Source of the DNA: Octopus sinensis | Lineage: Eukaryota | Assembly: GCF_006345805.1 (NCBI RefSeq) | Contig: NC_043004.1 | Span: forward strand, 2,480,001-2,544,000 | Direction of reading: 5' to 3' | DNA length: 64,000 nt | Shown here: positions 12,769-25,728 of the stretch, in pieces | Layout: every line of letters starts with the position of its first letter | How positions within the stretch are numbered: position 1 is the first letter of the stretch | The notes under the pieces: model-generated | What the model was told of the DNA's origin: nothing | The model's input: the letters and a program-made list of their open reading frames with translations, nothing else | The model's database searches: none | Made by a program: the position numbers and the translations under genes

Positions 12769-13478
12769 ATGTGTGTGTGTGTGTGTGTATGTTTGTGTGT
12801 TGACAACCGATGCTGGTGTGTTTACGTCCCCGTGACTTAGCGGTTCGTCAAAACAGACCGACAGAATAAGTACTACGCTTACAAAAAATAAGTCCTGGGG
12901 TTGATTTGCTCGACTAAAGGCGCCGGTGCTCCAGCATGGCCACAGTCAAATGACTGAAACAAGTAAAAGAGTAAAGGAGTAAAAGAAGATGTCCTTGGTG
13001 ACAAATCTTTTCAGAATATACAAAGGATTTAATGTATCCGAAGAAGAAAGAGTTCATGGGAGTTAAATCTGGTGACTGTGGTGCCTTTTCAATTGGCCCA
13101 CGACACCCGAACCATCTCCCTGGAAAATGTTCATTCAGAAAATCACGAACCTGTAATGCATAATGGGGCGGGGCGCCATCCGGCTGAAACCAGAGATGAT
13201 TTCCCTTTCTAAGTGAATGCTTACGTGAGGCACCATCTTCTTGCCAAGTATGTCCAGATACGAACCACCTGTCACAGATCCCTCAAAATAAAATGGTCCA
13301 ATTACTTGATTGTGCCAAATCCCACACCACACAATTATCTTGCCCCTGCCTTGTTGATTATCCGCCTCGATCCAATGAGGATTGGTTTATAATATCAGCA
13401 GTTGTGTAAAGAGATAAAATAAAGAATGTTAGCAATTTCACATGTTGCAGGATGGTGCGTCACTTTATGGCCTCCCTG
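12341..13478 (-). mobile_element. Internally deleted Tc1/mariner element, DD41D (rosa-like) type, interrupted by a SINE
   Basis: 27-bp TIRs cagggaggcca(c/t)aaag..acgcaccat with TA flanks. Remnant protein VWCGIW..GPFYFE, WFQPDGAPPHY..FPGRW..SPDLTPMN has 41 residues between D and the D-equivalent N; C-terminal C..GQHFEHL* lies left of the SINE. Confidence 0.9.
12538..12985 (+). mobile_element. tRNA-derived SINE family B (CORE-like, internal microsatellite)
   Basis: ggcgtaggagtggctgtgtggtaag (A box), gggttcagtccc (B box), ccttgggcaagt CORE-like motif, internal (TA)n(TG)n, 3' (gagtaaaa)n tail. Confidence 0.92.
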
Positions 13479-13740
13479 TACATTGACTATGTGCTAAACA
13501 GCCACGGAACTATGGAATCAGAACGTATCGTGGAACGTTGAACATGATACTAAATTTCCTGCCTTCTTATAAGAAAACAATTGAGAAACATCATGCGACG
13601 TCGCTATACAAAATAATAGAATATAGGTATAGTTCTACCTGGAATCTAAACTGTATCAAAGAAAGCTACCTCAGCTAGAACACATCACATTCTTTCAAGT
13701 CTTAAATTAAGCACAGAACCATCACAGAACCCACCATTGA

Positions 13741-14272
13741 CCTCAGTGTTTCAGTGGTACGTAATTTATCAACACCGAAAAGATGAAAGGCAAAGTCGAC
13801 CTCAGCGGAATTTGAACTCAGAACGTAGCGACAGACGAAATACCGCAAAGCGTTTCGGCCGGCGTGCTAACGATTCTTTTCTACTCTAGGCATAAGGCTC
13901 GAAATTTTGGGAGGGGGGTGGGGCAGTCGATTAGTTCGACCCCAGTATGCAACTGGTACTTAATCTATCGACCCCAAAAAGGTGAAAAGCGAAGTCGACC
14001 TCGGCGGAATTTGAACACTGAACGTAGCAACGGACGAAATACCTATTTCTTTACTACCCACAAGGGGCTAAACACAGAGAGGACAAACAAGGACATACAA
14101 ACGGATTAAGTCGATTATATCTTCCCCAGTGCGTAACTGGTACTTAATTAATCGACCCCGAAAGGATGAAAGGCAAAGTCGGCCTCGGTGGAATTTGAAC
14201 CCAGAACGTAACCTCAGACGAAATACGGCTAAACATTTCGCCCGGCGTGCTAACCTCTCTGCCAGCTCGCCG
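13741..14272 (-). mobile_element. SINE family A, composite/tandem copies
   Basis: Reverse complement of family A head at 14272; B-box module repeated three times. Confidence 0.9.
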
Positions 14273-14583
14273 TCTTCCATTGCGAATAAATAACCGAAAT
14301 CACAACATACCCGTTGAACGGGATATCGGCCCGTTCAACGGGTTTAAGTGTAGCAGATCAGAGGGTGGGCAAGCATGGCGATTACATCGACCGTGCACTT
14401 GGTTAGTACTTTATTTTATCGATACCACAAAGATGAAAAGAAATAAATGCTCTTGGGTATTGTGTCCTTCGTACTAACGTTTCTGTCAGCTTACTGGCTT
14501 AGAACCTGGTCCGTATTCTTATGAAAATTTGCTAGGAATAATTTTCAGCTGCAGCAACATTTTACTGAATGCAGGGCTGTTTA

Positions 14584-14585
14584 AT

Positions 14586-14617
<32 letters not shown>

Positions 14618-14960
14618 TGCAGCAGTAGCAGCAGCAGCAGCGGCGGCGGTGGTATTGGTGATAGCGGTAGTAGAAGAATAAGAATTACAAGACGAGGAAG
14701 AAAAGGAAGAAGAGGTAGAAGAAGAAGAAGAAGAAGAAGAAGAAGAAGAAGAAAGCTTCAATGTAAACAATGTTTGCAATCAGTAGTATTGATGATGATG
14801 ATGACAACGATGACTGTGGAGGTGGTAGTGGTGGCGGTGGTGGTGGCGGCGACGGTGGTGGTGGCGGTGGTGGTGGTGCTGACGACGATAACTATGGCGA
14901 TGACGATGAAAGGGAGGAGGAGTTTGTGAATGGTGTTCGATAGAATGCGATGATGGTGGC
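14584..14960. repeat. Mixed trinucleotide tract (GTA/GCA/GAA/GAT/GGT)
   Basis: Successive triplet microsatellites. Confidence 0.9.
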
Positions 14961-15635
14961 AATCGCCAGAGTTGCAATTGTAGAAATGGCCAGAACGGTG
15001 CAGTGAAATTTAAGAGGATAAAATAAATATAGAAATAAACAAATAAAATATATAGAAAGAGAGAAAAGGAAAGAAAAGTAATTACTGACAGCCTATAGCT
15101 ATTTCAATAACCGAATCTGTTATGTAGTGAGTGTGAGTGCGGTGTGTGAGGTTTCGATGTGTGGGTGAGCCGATGCTGGGGAAATTCAAAGTTCTAAATT
15201 AATTTTATTTCCACAACGTTGAGGTAAATATAGTTAATTTGCTTTTCTCATACTCTATTGACAAAATTAGCCTCACTACCCAACTACTTCCACCTCCATC
15301 GCCACCACCAGACACAGATAACAAGGACAAGACGAACAGTAACATCTCTTTTACTCCTACGTATCTACTTATACTCTCCAGAAAAAGCTTTATCACAACT
15401 GATTTCGTTGTTGTTGCTGTTGTTTTTTGAAGGGGCGGTGGTATGGTGGATGGGGGGTTTCCTTTCTCCAATTTTCCAACTAAGTTTATATTAAATATGA
15501 CCCTACGAACTGCACAATCAATTTTGCGTCTCTCGCCCCTCTGCGCACCCTACCCTCGTAATTGTACTGTAATGCTTATCCGTCTATATCTCCATTCTGT
15601 CAGAGCGACTTACATTCACACACACACACCACACA

Positions 15636-15678
<43 letters not shown>

Positions 15679-16412
15679 AACACAGACATACATGTGTTAG
15701 CAGTAGCTCAGAGCTGAGTTCATTCATCCTTCCATTGTTTTCACAGTTCTACAGTATTTGTGATGTTCAGATCTTCTTTTCCTTTATTTTTATATTTTTT
15801 GCTATTTTGTTATATTTATATCATATATTTGCTTTGTTTCATTCTCTTGTACAATGTGTGTATGTTTGCGTTTGTAGTTATGTGTATGTATGTATGTCAT
15901 ATTAGTTTGTGATGACTAAGAACGTATATATGTATGTGTGAGTTTGCAGTTCTTGTTCCAGCAAGTAATTTTATTTGCTTTTTTTTTTCATATTTGTTTC
16001 TTTTTAATTTATGTTCCTTCATTTTATGTCTTATTCTGTGTATACTATTTCTTTTCTTTCCTTTCTTTTTTCTTTCATTTTTCTTTTCATTTTCACTTAT
16101 ACAATTGTGGAGTTTTGGACAACTATCATATTTTAAACATCAGATGAGTTAATAGTCTTTGGAAACTAATTGCTCGAAAGAAAATCGAAAAGGAAATGAA
16201 GAAAGCAGAAAAGCCAATATATATTGTTTTGGAAAAAAATAAAAATTAAACAAAATAAAAGAACAATACCAAATATAAAGAAAAAGAAGAAGAAAAGAAA
16301 TACTGGAGATAAACAGTGAAGAAGAAGAAAAACAATTAAAATAACAGCTATTGTCAATTTTGGCTCTCCTTTTCTCTCGCTCTCTTCTTCTTTCTGTCTC
16401 TTTCTCTTTAGA

Positions 16413-16414
<2 letters not shown>

Positions 16415-16500
<86 letters not shown>

Positions 16501-16705
16501 TTATATATACACACATTCATATATGCATCTATATATATTGTATACACACATATACAGTGGATATATATATATATATTATACAAGCATGAATGTCCATGCA
16601 AATTTACACAAATGAGTGTATGTATATATGCAAATATACACATATATACACATATAATATATATATATATATATATAATATATATATATATACATATATA
16701 TATAC

Positions 16706-16737
<32 letters not shown>

Positions 16738-16741
16738 CCAC

Positions 16742-16833
<92 letters not shown>
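16415..16833. repeat. (CA)n/(TA)n microsatellite
   Basis: Long alternating purine-pyrimidine tract. Confidence 0.95.
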
Positions 16834-16836
<3 letters not shown>

Positions 16837-17344
16837 TTCATATAAATTGGAATTATTGCTGTTTTATTTTTTTTTTACTATAGTAAATGTTTCGCAATTG
16901 GACTCAAATTATCTTTCTAAAACCATTTCTAGAGAGATTCCAATACAGATATATGGATCTGCTGATATTGTCGTCTGTGTCAGTGAAATAGCTCTTTGTA
17001 GTAAAAGAATGGATTAACAATACAATTTTAATATATTTTGTTAGAGTGTTGTCGTCATAGTCGCCGCTTTTGTTGTTTCTTGTTCCTCGCGACATCCCAG
17101 AAGCAGCTGACTTAGAATCAAACTTTTGCTACCCAGGACTGTGTCCAATAGGTTTTTTTACAACGCATTATATCGAGAATTTATTTAACAATTATTTTTT
17201 CCTGCTTTAAAAAGGTTTTGCTGTTGTTTCTCGTAGGTCGAGCAATTACGGATAGGTTTTCTTTTAGGTGTTATTGTTGGAATTTAGCCCTGGGATTCTT
17301 TTGATCAATCTGGACTACAACCAAATACACTCTACCAATTACAG

Positions 17345-17620
17345 ACACGTGCACCCTTAACGTAGTTCTCGGGGATATTCAGCGTGACACAGAGAGTGAC
17401 AAGGCCGGACCCTTGAAATACAGGTACAACAGAAACAGGAAGTAAGAGTGAGAGAAAGTTGTGGTGAAAGAGTACAGCAGGAATCACTACCATCCCCTGC
17501 CGGAGCCTCGTGGAGCTTTTAGGTGTTTTCGCTCAATAAACACTCACAACGCCCGGCCTGGGAATCGAAACCGCGATCCTATAACCGCGAGTCCGCTGCC
17601 CTAACCACTGGGCCATTGCG
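17345..17620 (-). mobile_element. tRNA-derived SINE family C
   Basis: Minus head gcgcaatggcccagtggttagggcagcggac..ggtttcgattccc (A and B boxes) followed by a non-tRNA body. Confidence 0.85.
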
Positions 17621-18040
17621 CTTCAATCTTGAGACATTGTATCTTAGAAGATATTAACGGCTAAACATCTACTTTTCCTGAAGACAGTTATGTCTTGAGA
17701 GAGCAGTTTGAGCCATTTTGTTGAGTCATGGCCCTCGGATTGAGAGGCTCAGACGATACACTAAAGGAAATTCAAACCAAATATTTGTTGTTTGGTGAGC
17801 AAATGTGCGATTAAATTCCATCCGGATCAGAGCGTCTAAAACACGCCAGTTCAATATTTAGATAGAGCTAAGAACGTTGTGAGTGAAAGTTAATTTGTTG
17901 CATTGCTTTCATTCACCCAAATTACTCTCTGGGGATAAAATAATAATCAGTAAGAAGATAGTGATTGAAGTGGGTGAGGGCAAACGTAGTTGAAAGAAAG
18001 GTTCGGTCATTCACACACACACGCGCTCATACACACACAC

Positions 18041-18076
<36 letters not shown>

Positions 18077-18156
18077 CTGTATATATATGACGAGAGAAAG
18101 AAAGAGAGATAAACAGAAAGACAGAAAAGCAGGCGGGTAAACTGGTAGATAGCTAG

Positions 18157-18208
18157 CTAGATAGATGGATGAATGGATGGATGGATGGATGGATGGAATT
18201 GATGGATG

Positions 18209-18271
<63 letters not shown>

Positions 18272-18309
18272 TAATAGATAGATAGATAGATAGATAGATA
18301 GGTAGATAT

Positions 18310-18352
<43 letters not shown>

Positions 18353-18392
18353 TATAGATAGATAGATAGATGGATAGATTGATAGATAGATA
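18157..18392. repeat. (GATG)n/(GATA)n microsatellite
   Basis: Directly visible. Confidence 0.95.
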
Positions 18393-19169
18393 TGTATAAA
18401 AACACACAATATAATGGGTTTGTGAAGGTGTGTATGCATACGTATATATAAAACGACGGAGTATCGCATACAAAACGCTGTGAGCTGACAAAAATCAATA
18501 AACAGGTTATACTTAAATGTGAATAACATCTATTACAGATATTAAATTCTGCTCCCCACAGTAGTGTGGATATGTGATAAGAAGTTTGCTTCCTAACAAC
18601 ATGGTTGAGGGTTCAGTCCCATTGCATTGCACTTCACAACACTTCATTATATTCGAAAAACACAAGTGTACGATTGGCTAAATATTAAAATGAACACATT
18701 TTATTAATCTTTATGTGAATGCCTCCCCCTCCTGTGATATATCTTAGCCAATGTGGGCGTAGAGTGACTGGATATTAAACTAACCCTTTCCCTCAGTTGC
18801 TGTGTCTGACAATGCCACCTTTTTTCTAAATATTTTGCTTGAATTTTCAAATTAATTGTCGAAGATCAATGTGTTTCGATTCGACAAAAACGTCTGACGA
18901 AATAGTCTGGTTATTTTGTTCTACGTTGAAATATAGTAATGTGTAAATAAACAACCATTCTATGGAAATGCGCCAAACACAATTAAAAGATCCACTCCAT
19001 TCGTATACATTTATTATTATACATTATTCTGCAAAAATGTGCAGCAGCATGTTACTTAGATTTGGAATTACAGCATGTTTAATATCCTGAAGTAACTACT
19101 TAGCCTTGAATTGTTTACTGATTGGTAGATGGATAATGAGCATTGTTAGAATTCCTTTACTGTGCCCTG

Positions 19170-20360
19170 TTAGCCATGGGGACTGGGGGATAGCGGGCCC
19201 AGGCTCTTAAATGTAAGGGTATCACCGGCGGTCGATTGGGAAGGGTCAAAGGCGATTTTGACCCTGTGGACACCATCAGCCGCAACAGATCTGTTTTTTC
19301 TAGATTTTTTTTTAATGGTTGGTTGCAGATATCCGGTGATACTTGAGGGACGTCCCCCCAAGTCTCACTCGTGCCTGCAGCCAGGCCACATTAAAAGAAC
19401 TGCCCCCAGGACCATGGTAAGGTCCTAAAACAGTCACTGGATACCACCTCCCCTACCCGGTCATAGGGAGAGGTGGATGTGGTTGAGGAGGCTTAGTCTC
19501 CTTAACCCAAAAGGATTTAAAATGAAGAAAGCCGGCACAATGATTGCCCGCCGAAGGACACCTAAGGCTTCGGGAGGTGGGGGAGAGACTCCGGACAAAG
19601 CGGAAGAGCTCCACTCTCCAGAAGTCAGGAAGAAAATAAAATAAGAAAGAAGAAGAACGGGTCATTGCAGGTGGACGATGATGTGCCGTCTGCACGTCTA
19701 GAAGTTGTGCCACCTACGGTGGAAGAAACAACCCCCACCCTTAAAGATGAAGAATTACTTATCTTTTTCTACAAGGGTGGGAAGGTGGAAAAAATAGTAG
19801 AAGAACATTAAGAGACAGTAGATATGGCCTTCACACGGGTCCCGAATGCCCTCCGCACATAGCTGTGGAGGTCATAAAGTTTTCCATGTGTGAAAAGCTT
19901 AAAAGATTTAAAGAGGAATGTCGCATATGGCCGGGTGGCCCAAACACGTCATATGCCTCGTACATGAAGGAGGCATGGGAAATGGCGGGGTACAGGAACT
20001 CAAGCGGCATTGAAGATAATGATGGATATATTGATGGATATATCGATGAGCAGGAGGTGAAGAAGCCTCGTTAGAGGGTTTGAAACCTCATGTTATTGCA
20101 TTATTTGTAGTAGTTTATAACCCCAATTGGGTGTTTCTTAAAAAAAAAACATGTTAAGCAAGAGTTTTTAGCGCCTCCTTCTTGTAAGAGGTTTGAAACT
20201 TCACATTGATTTTTAAGAAAAGAAAATATATTTTCGAGAAAAATCCAATCGGCGAGTGTTGGGTTTCGTCTCTCATTTCTTCATTTTATTTCATTTTCAT
20301 TAATTAATGTGTTTGTCCAGCCCGCAGCTACTCTGTATACTGCCTTCATGGCAAATAAAA
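19170..20360 (+). mobile_element. Degenerate retroelement with ORF1/gag-like zinc knuckle, no ORF2 seen
   Basis: GC-richer island. Translation YPVILEGRPPKSHSCLQPGHIK(K)NCP is a decayed CX2CX4HX4C; then a charged low-complexity region, EVIKF..WPGGP..WEMAG, an AT-rich tail and AATAAA near 20354. Confidence 0.6.
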
Positions 20361-20368
20361 TATAATAA

Positions 20369-20499
20369 AGTAGCTTGCTTACCAACCACATGGTTCCGGG
20401 TTCAGTCCCACTGCGTGGCACCTTGGGCAAGAGTCTTCTACGAGCCGACCAAAGCCTTGTGAGTAGATTTGGTAGACGGAAACTGAAAGAAGCCCGTCG

Positions 20500-20549
<50 letters not shown>

Positions 20550-20790
20550 TGTGTGTACGTGTGTGTGCGTGTGTGTATGTGTGTGTGTGTGTGTGTGCGT
20601 CCCCAACATCGCTTGACAACCGATGGTGGTGTGTTTACGTCTCTGTAACTTAGCGATTCGGCAAAAGAGACCGATAGAATAAGTACTAGGCTTACAAAGA
20701 ATAAGTCCTGGTGTCGATTTGCTCTACTAAAGGCGGTGCTCCAGCATGGCCGCAGTCAAAATGACTGAAACAGGTGAAAGAGTAAAAGAG
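20369..20790 (+). mobile_element. SINE family B, 5'-truncated
   Basis: Matches 12564-12985, including the internal (TA)n(TG)n and gagtaaaagag tail. Confidence 0.92.
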
Positions 20791-22274
20791 TTACAGAGAG
20801 AAAATCTATTTTCGGCACAATGAACGTAAATCAGAACTGAAATATTTCTAAGTGTTAGAATGACAAACTTTGGATTAAATAACAGCGCGATGACATTCAT
20901 TCTATACCATAAATGTCCGCAGAAATGTGGGAGGGAATTTCCTGACAAACTGTTTTACGGTGTTACTGTATATGCAAATACACACACACGCACATACACA
21001 CAGATGCATATATGTGTATGTGTGTGTGTCTGTGTATAAATGGTAAAGATTTCTCAATTTATCAGAGTGTACGTGTAATATCCCAAATTTTCTTATATCA
21101 GATGATATTTGGGCAGAAAGCTCCTGTATCTACGGATGTATACATATAATTTAATATACAAATATTGTTATAGACGGAAACTTTCAAAAAGCACGTTGTC
21201 AGAAACCTGTCGTTGTTTGTCGGCAGACTTCATCCTTCGCCCATTTTAAAACACCTGCAATTTGAGGGGATTTGGCTGAGCCTTCTCTTTTACAAGCGTC
21301 GTGGCCAGTCATCATTCTAAGTTTAACGTGCCCCCACCTCCTATCTTACACGTAAAATATTCATGGGCACTGTCCCTCCTTTTCATGTAAGATAACACCA
21401 AAATAATATAACATATTAAATATATTTTGAATTTGGAACGGAGGAGGATAAATCTAAAATAATAATAATTCAATCAAATAACACCTTCTATATAATTATT
21501 TTGAACTGTATTGTATTATAATTTATTTTAATATAATAATACGATTATCACCTTGTATTTTGTATAGTCTGGTTTTAATTGTACACTGGATACAATATTG
21601 TATATCGTCAAGATAATACTAAAGATCAAATAGTTTTATTGATCTTTTTTATTGTTTATAATATCATGTTACAGTCTAATTGAGCTGAGATTAAATATAC
21701 AGACTTGTCTATATATCTATTAAATGTTATCAATATTAATACAAATATCCGTATGGTAGTTCAGATTTCTTGCGTGGTTATTTTCATAAACAAATATTAT
21801 CTCGGATGAAATTTTCTCAAATAAATAGATTAGATCTTTTTATTTTGATATTTAAATACTATTTTCCGTATTGTGCTAATTAACACTTACCTTTTACCCT
21901 TTAGATTCACATCTAACAAAACACTAAGCACAAACCACGAATATCCATCACGATAGCATTTCAAACTTTTCCTGTACTTTCACATCTATTTTAATTTCTT
22001 GCGTTAGTTCGAACGGATTGAATTCATAAGGCGTTCACTACTTTTCAGCGATTCAACGTATGTTTCTAAATGTATGGAAACTATCAGCTGCTATTCTTAC
22101 GCCAATAATCCCGCGATTAATGTATAATGTGATACATTTGGCTCGCTTAACATAATTATTGCCTTCACGCCTTTAGATCTACATATATGAGATCGTGAAA
22201 TGTCCATTTGCATACACACATACACACATACACAAATACACACACAAAGCCAAACACACACACATACTTAGTTA

Positions 22275-23543
22275 TTAGGTTGTTCCGAAAATAATGGCCG
22301 CTCTAAGTGTTGTGTTTTGAAACGCAATTTTATAGAATTTTAATTATATTTTAGATGAATTTCGACATACTTAATAATTGATGTATGCTCTTTAATAATT
22401 CTCTACACATTTCATTTCAGACAGAAAACAGTCTTGAAGCATAGGCGCCCTTAATTATGAACATCACAAAAAAGTTCTTTGCTTACTTTTTTTGCATGAG
22501 TTCAAGCTTGGGCACAATGCCTCCCAAACTGCTGCCAATATCAACAGAGCATGGCATGAGTAGTCCATAAGTGATTCCACAATACGAAGGTGGTTTCATA
22601 AATTCCGTAGTGGGGATGAGAGCTTTGAAGATGAAGAAGGTAGAGGACGGTCAAGCAGTCTTGACAATGAATAATTGAAAGGAAAACCTACGTCAAAGTG
22701 TCAGAGAAATGTCTTAGGAACTTGTTGGTATTGCAACGGTCTCACGCAATCTTCATAAAATTGGTAAGGTGAAAAATCTCGATAAATGGGTACCGAATGA
22801 GCTCAATGAAAATCAAAATTTCGGCGTTTTGAAGTGTGCTCGATGCTCTTTCTGCGAAACACAGATGATCCTTTTCTTAACTGAATAGTCAATTGTGACG
22901 AAAAGTGGATCCTTTGTGATAACCGTAAATGATCAGGCCAATGGCTTGATCATGATGAGTCCTCCAAACATTTCCGAAAGCCACAGTTGCATCAGCAAAA
23001 GATTATGGTGACTGTCTGGTGGCCTGCAATTGGTGTTGTCCATTACAGCTTTCTGGAAACCAATCAGAGCATCACAGCAGAGGTTTACTGCAATTAACTC
23101 ATACAAATGCATGCTCACTTGCCAAAAATTAGACCTGCATTGGTGAATCGGCGTGGCCCAATTCTGCTCTACGATAATGCAAAGCCACATGTTGCAAGAA
23201 TGATGCTGCAGAAACTCACACACTTGGGATACGAGACTTTACCACATCCTCCATATTCTCCTGATCTTTCACCCACTGACTGCCATTTTCTAAAGCATTT
23301 AAACACGTTTTTAAGTGATAAAACTTTCATGTCCAAACCAGAGTTGAAATCAGTTTTCAAAGATTTCTTAGCATCAAAGCCAATAAGTTTTTATTAACGA
23401 TGCATCAATAATCTCGTTCATTAATAACAGAGATTCATAGATCTCCACGGCTCATACTTTGAATATTCAAAACATTTCTATTGTTAATTTTCTAGAATAA
23501 AATTATGTATCTGAAATCGGTCATTATTTTCGAAACAAACTAT
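22275..23543 (+). mobile_element. Full-length mariner (DD34D) transposon, inactive
   Basis: 26-bp TIRs ttaggttgttccgaaaataatggccg / cggtcattattttcgaaacaaactat (4 mismatches), TA duplication on both sides, 1269 bp. Confidence 0.95.
22457..23465 (+). pseudogene. Mariner transposase pseudogene
   Basis: HEFKLGHNASQTAANIN, WVPNELNEN, CDEKWIL, YDNAKPH, HPPYSPDLSPTD; several stops and frameshifts. Confidence 0.93.
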
Positions 23544-23549
23544 TAGATT

Positions 23550-24310
23550 CTTAGATAAGTTTCCTCCGAAGTTGGCCCAGAAGAGATACACAGTCAACCC
23601 TTGGGCATCATAGCCCATTCGAGCAGAGACATATCTGTGTGGGGTGGTTTGTCTGGAGGTAATCATCTAGGTACCATTTGAATGCCGTGAAATCACTTTC
23701 CTCCTTTATGTGGGCTGGCACGATGCTGAAGAGAGGAGGGCCAGTTGAAGTGAAATAGTTCTGTCGTAGTGTTGTGATACGGCACGAAGATGATTTCTGT
23801 AATGGACGTATGGCACGGGGACAAAGCTTCGGATGAATTTTAAAGTTGACACCTATATCATTTGGACAATGTTGATGGAATATTTTCCACATCATACAGA
23901 TGATGTAGCGCTCACGGCGGCGTTGGAGAAGTAAAGCTTGAGCTTTTTGAGTCGACCCCAATAGTTGTTTTTGTGATTGATCTCTGGGGAGTTTCAATTT
24001 TCATAATATTCGGTATTGTGTGGGGGGAACACAACGGACATCAGTATTCAAGTTGAGGGCGAGCAAATGTGGAAAATAGTAGGATAGTGGTAGGAGCGTC
24101 TCTAGACCAGAAAATCCTGAGGGTTCAGGAGCACGCCCTGCGGGCCATGTTAACTTTGCTATTTATGTGACCACTCCAGTTTACTTTCTTGTCAATAGTA
24201 ACAACCAGGTCTCTACTAGCAGTGCTGGATGCTACAAGGGTTTTGCCTGAGGGATGTGTGTAGATCGTTGAAATGCAGTCATTTTACCGAAGTGGATAAG
24301 GTCGAATTTT
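23550..24310 (-). mobile_element. CR1/L2-group LINE 3' fragment (RT C-terminus)
   Basis: LFSTFARPQLEY*CPLCSP, LQRRRERYIICMMWKI, GPPLFSIVP..FKWYLDDYL, typical of CR1-group ORF2 ends. Confidence 0.85.
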
Positions 24311-24329
24311 TTGAATATATATATATATA

Positions 24330-24521
24330 CAGCAGTGGGTGCTGAAAAGTTCCTGGTTTGGGGTACAAGAAAATACAAGAGGACCAGTTATGAATTTATC
24401 CAACATATTCGCCTCTCAGATTCACACACTTATTGCAGCTGTAAAAGAACTCGGAAATCTGGGCCTCCACCCATGCCTTTCACGACACCGTTTAAGCCAG
24501 GAATTTTTCAGCACCCTCCCG
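24330..24521. mobile_element. Mariner-derived MITE
   Basis: TIRs gggtgctgaaaagttcctggttt / aagccaggaatttttcagcaccc with TA flanks; about 190 bp; no coding capacity. Confidence 0.85.
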
Positions 24522-24542
24522 TATATATGTATATATTCATAC

Positions 24543-24594
<52 letters not shown>

Positions 24595-24875
24595 TACTCA
24601 AAGAAATTCCAACTTTGATTTTCATGTCGTATTTGCAATTTCATAATAATATAATATAAGGTAAGATAAGATAATGAAATGAAAGGATATTAAATATCCA
24701 TTCTGATTGAACTAGTACTTACATGCATTAAACTATGCAATCTTCAGGTTCGTGTAGTAGTGGTGACTGTTATGTTTTACAATTTACAACTGTGGTGAGA
24801 TGGCTGAACTGTGTGCCTTAAATACATATATATATGTATATATGCATGTATGTATTATGTATGTATGTATATATA

Positions 24876-25728
24876 CGAAACAAATGGTAGTCTCAAGGAG
24901 CAAGTTCGGGAGAATAAGCTGGATGAGGAATTTTTTCCCAACCAAGCTCTTCAATCTTCTGTGATGTGATCTTTGCAGTGTGGGGCTGCGCATTGCCCTG
25001 ATGAAACATCACTCCTTTTCGATTCACTAAAGCGGGTCTTATTTTCCTCAAAGCTTGGTTCAAACGCTCTAATTGCTGACAGTAGACTTGAGCATTGATT
25101 GTTACATTAGGTGGTAATAATTTAAAGTGAATTTCTCCTTTGCAATCCCACCAGATAGAGAGAAGAACTTTTTTTCCATGAAGTTCTCTTCTCAGTTGTG
25201 GTTGAACTTTTTCCCTTTTACCAAGCCACTGTTTATGACGTTTAACATTGCGATAGAAGATGCATTTTTCGTCACCAATCAAAAGTCTGTCCAAAATGGG
25301 TGAAATGATTTCGCGAGAATGGAGAGAAGAGCAGATGTCAACTTGGGATTTGTGGTTGCTTTCAGATAATTCATGAGGCACCGATTTTCCAAGTTTAGGA
25401 ACCTTTCCAAGTTGTTGAAGATGCCGATGAGCAGTTGTATGGTTTGAACTAAGCTTTATTGCCAATTCTTCAACTGATAATGCAGGATTTTCCTCAAGTA
25501 ATACCGCGAGGAGCTTATCATCAAACTCAACTGGACGTCCTGTTCGATCTTCATCTTCAAGGCTAAAATTTCCACTTCTGAATTTTGCAAACCATCTGCA
25601 ATTTCTTTCATTCAAGCATTCTTTCCCATAAACTGAGTGTATGTTTCGAGTCGCTTCGGCTGCAGAGTTTCCTTTCTTTGTACTCATAAAGCATTATGTA
25701 CCTTTAAATGTTCTTTGGATACTTCCAT
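24876..25728 (-). pseudogene. Mariner transposase pseudogene
   Basis: MEVSKEHL.. frameshifts into the 264-aa ORF: HTH region, SVPHEL, GDEKCI, HQGNAQPH (second D lost), YSPELAP then stop. Confidence 0.92.

Noticed and set aside
17545-17620. tRNA gene
   Set aside because: A/B boxes are present but run into a SINE body without a proper acceptor stem or terminator.
24893-25687. Functional transposase or SETMAR-like host gene
   Set aside because: Frameshifted N-terminus, WVPHEL changed to SVPHEL, second catalytic D changed to G, stop before the third D, no SET domain.
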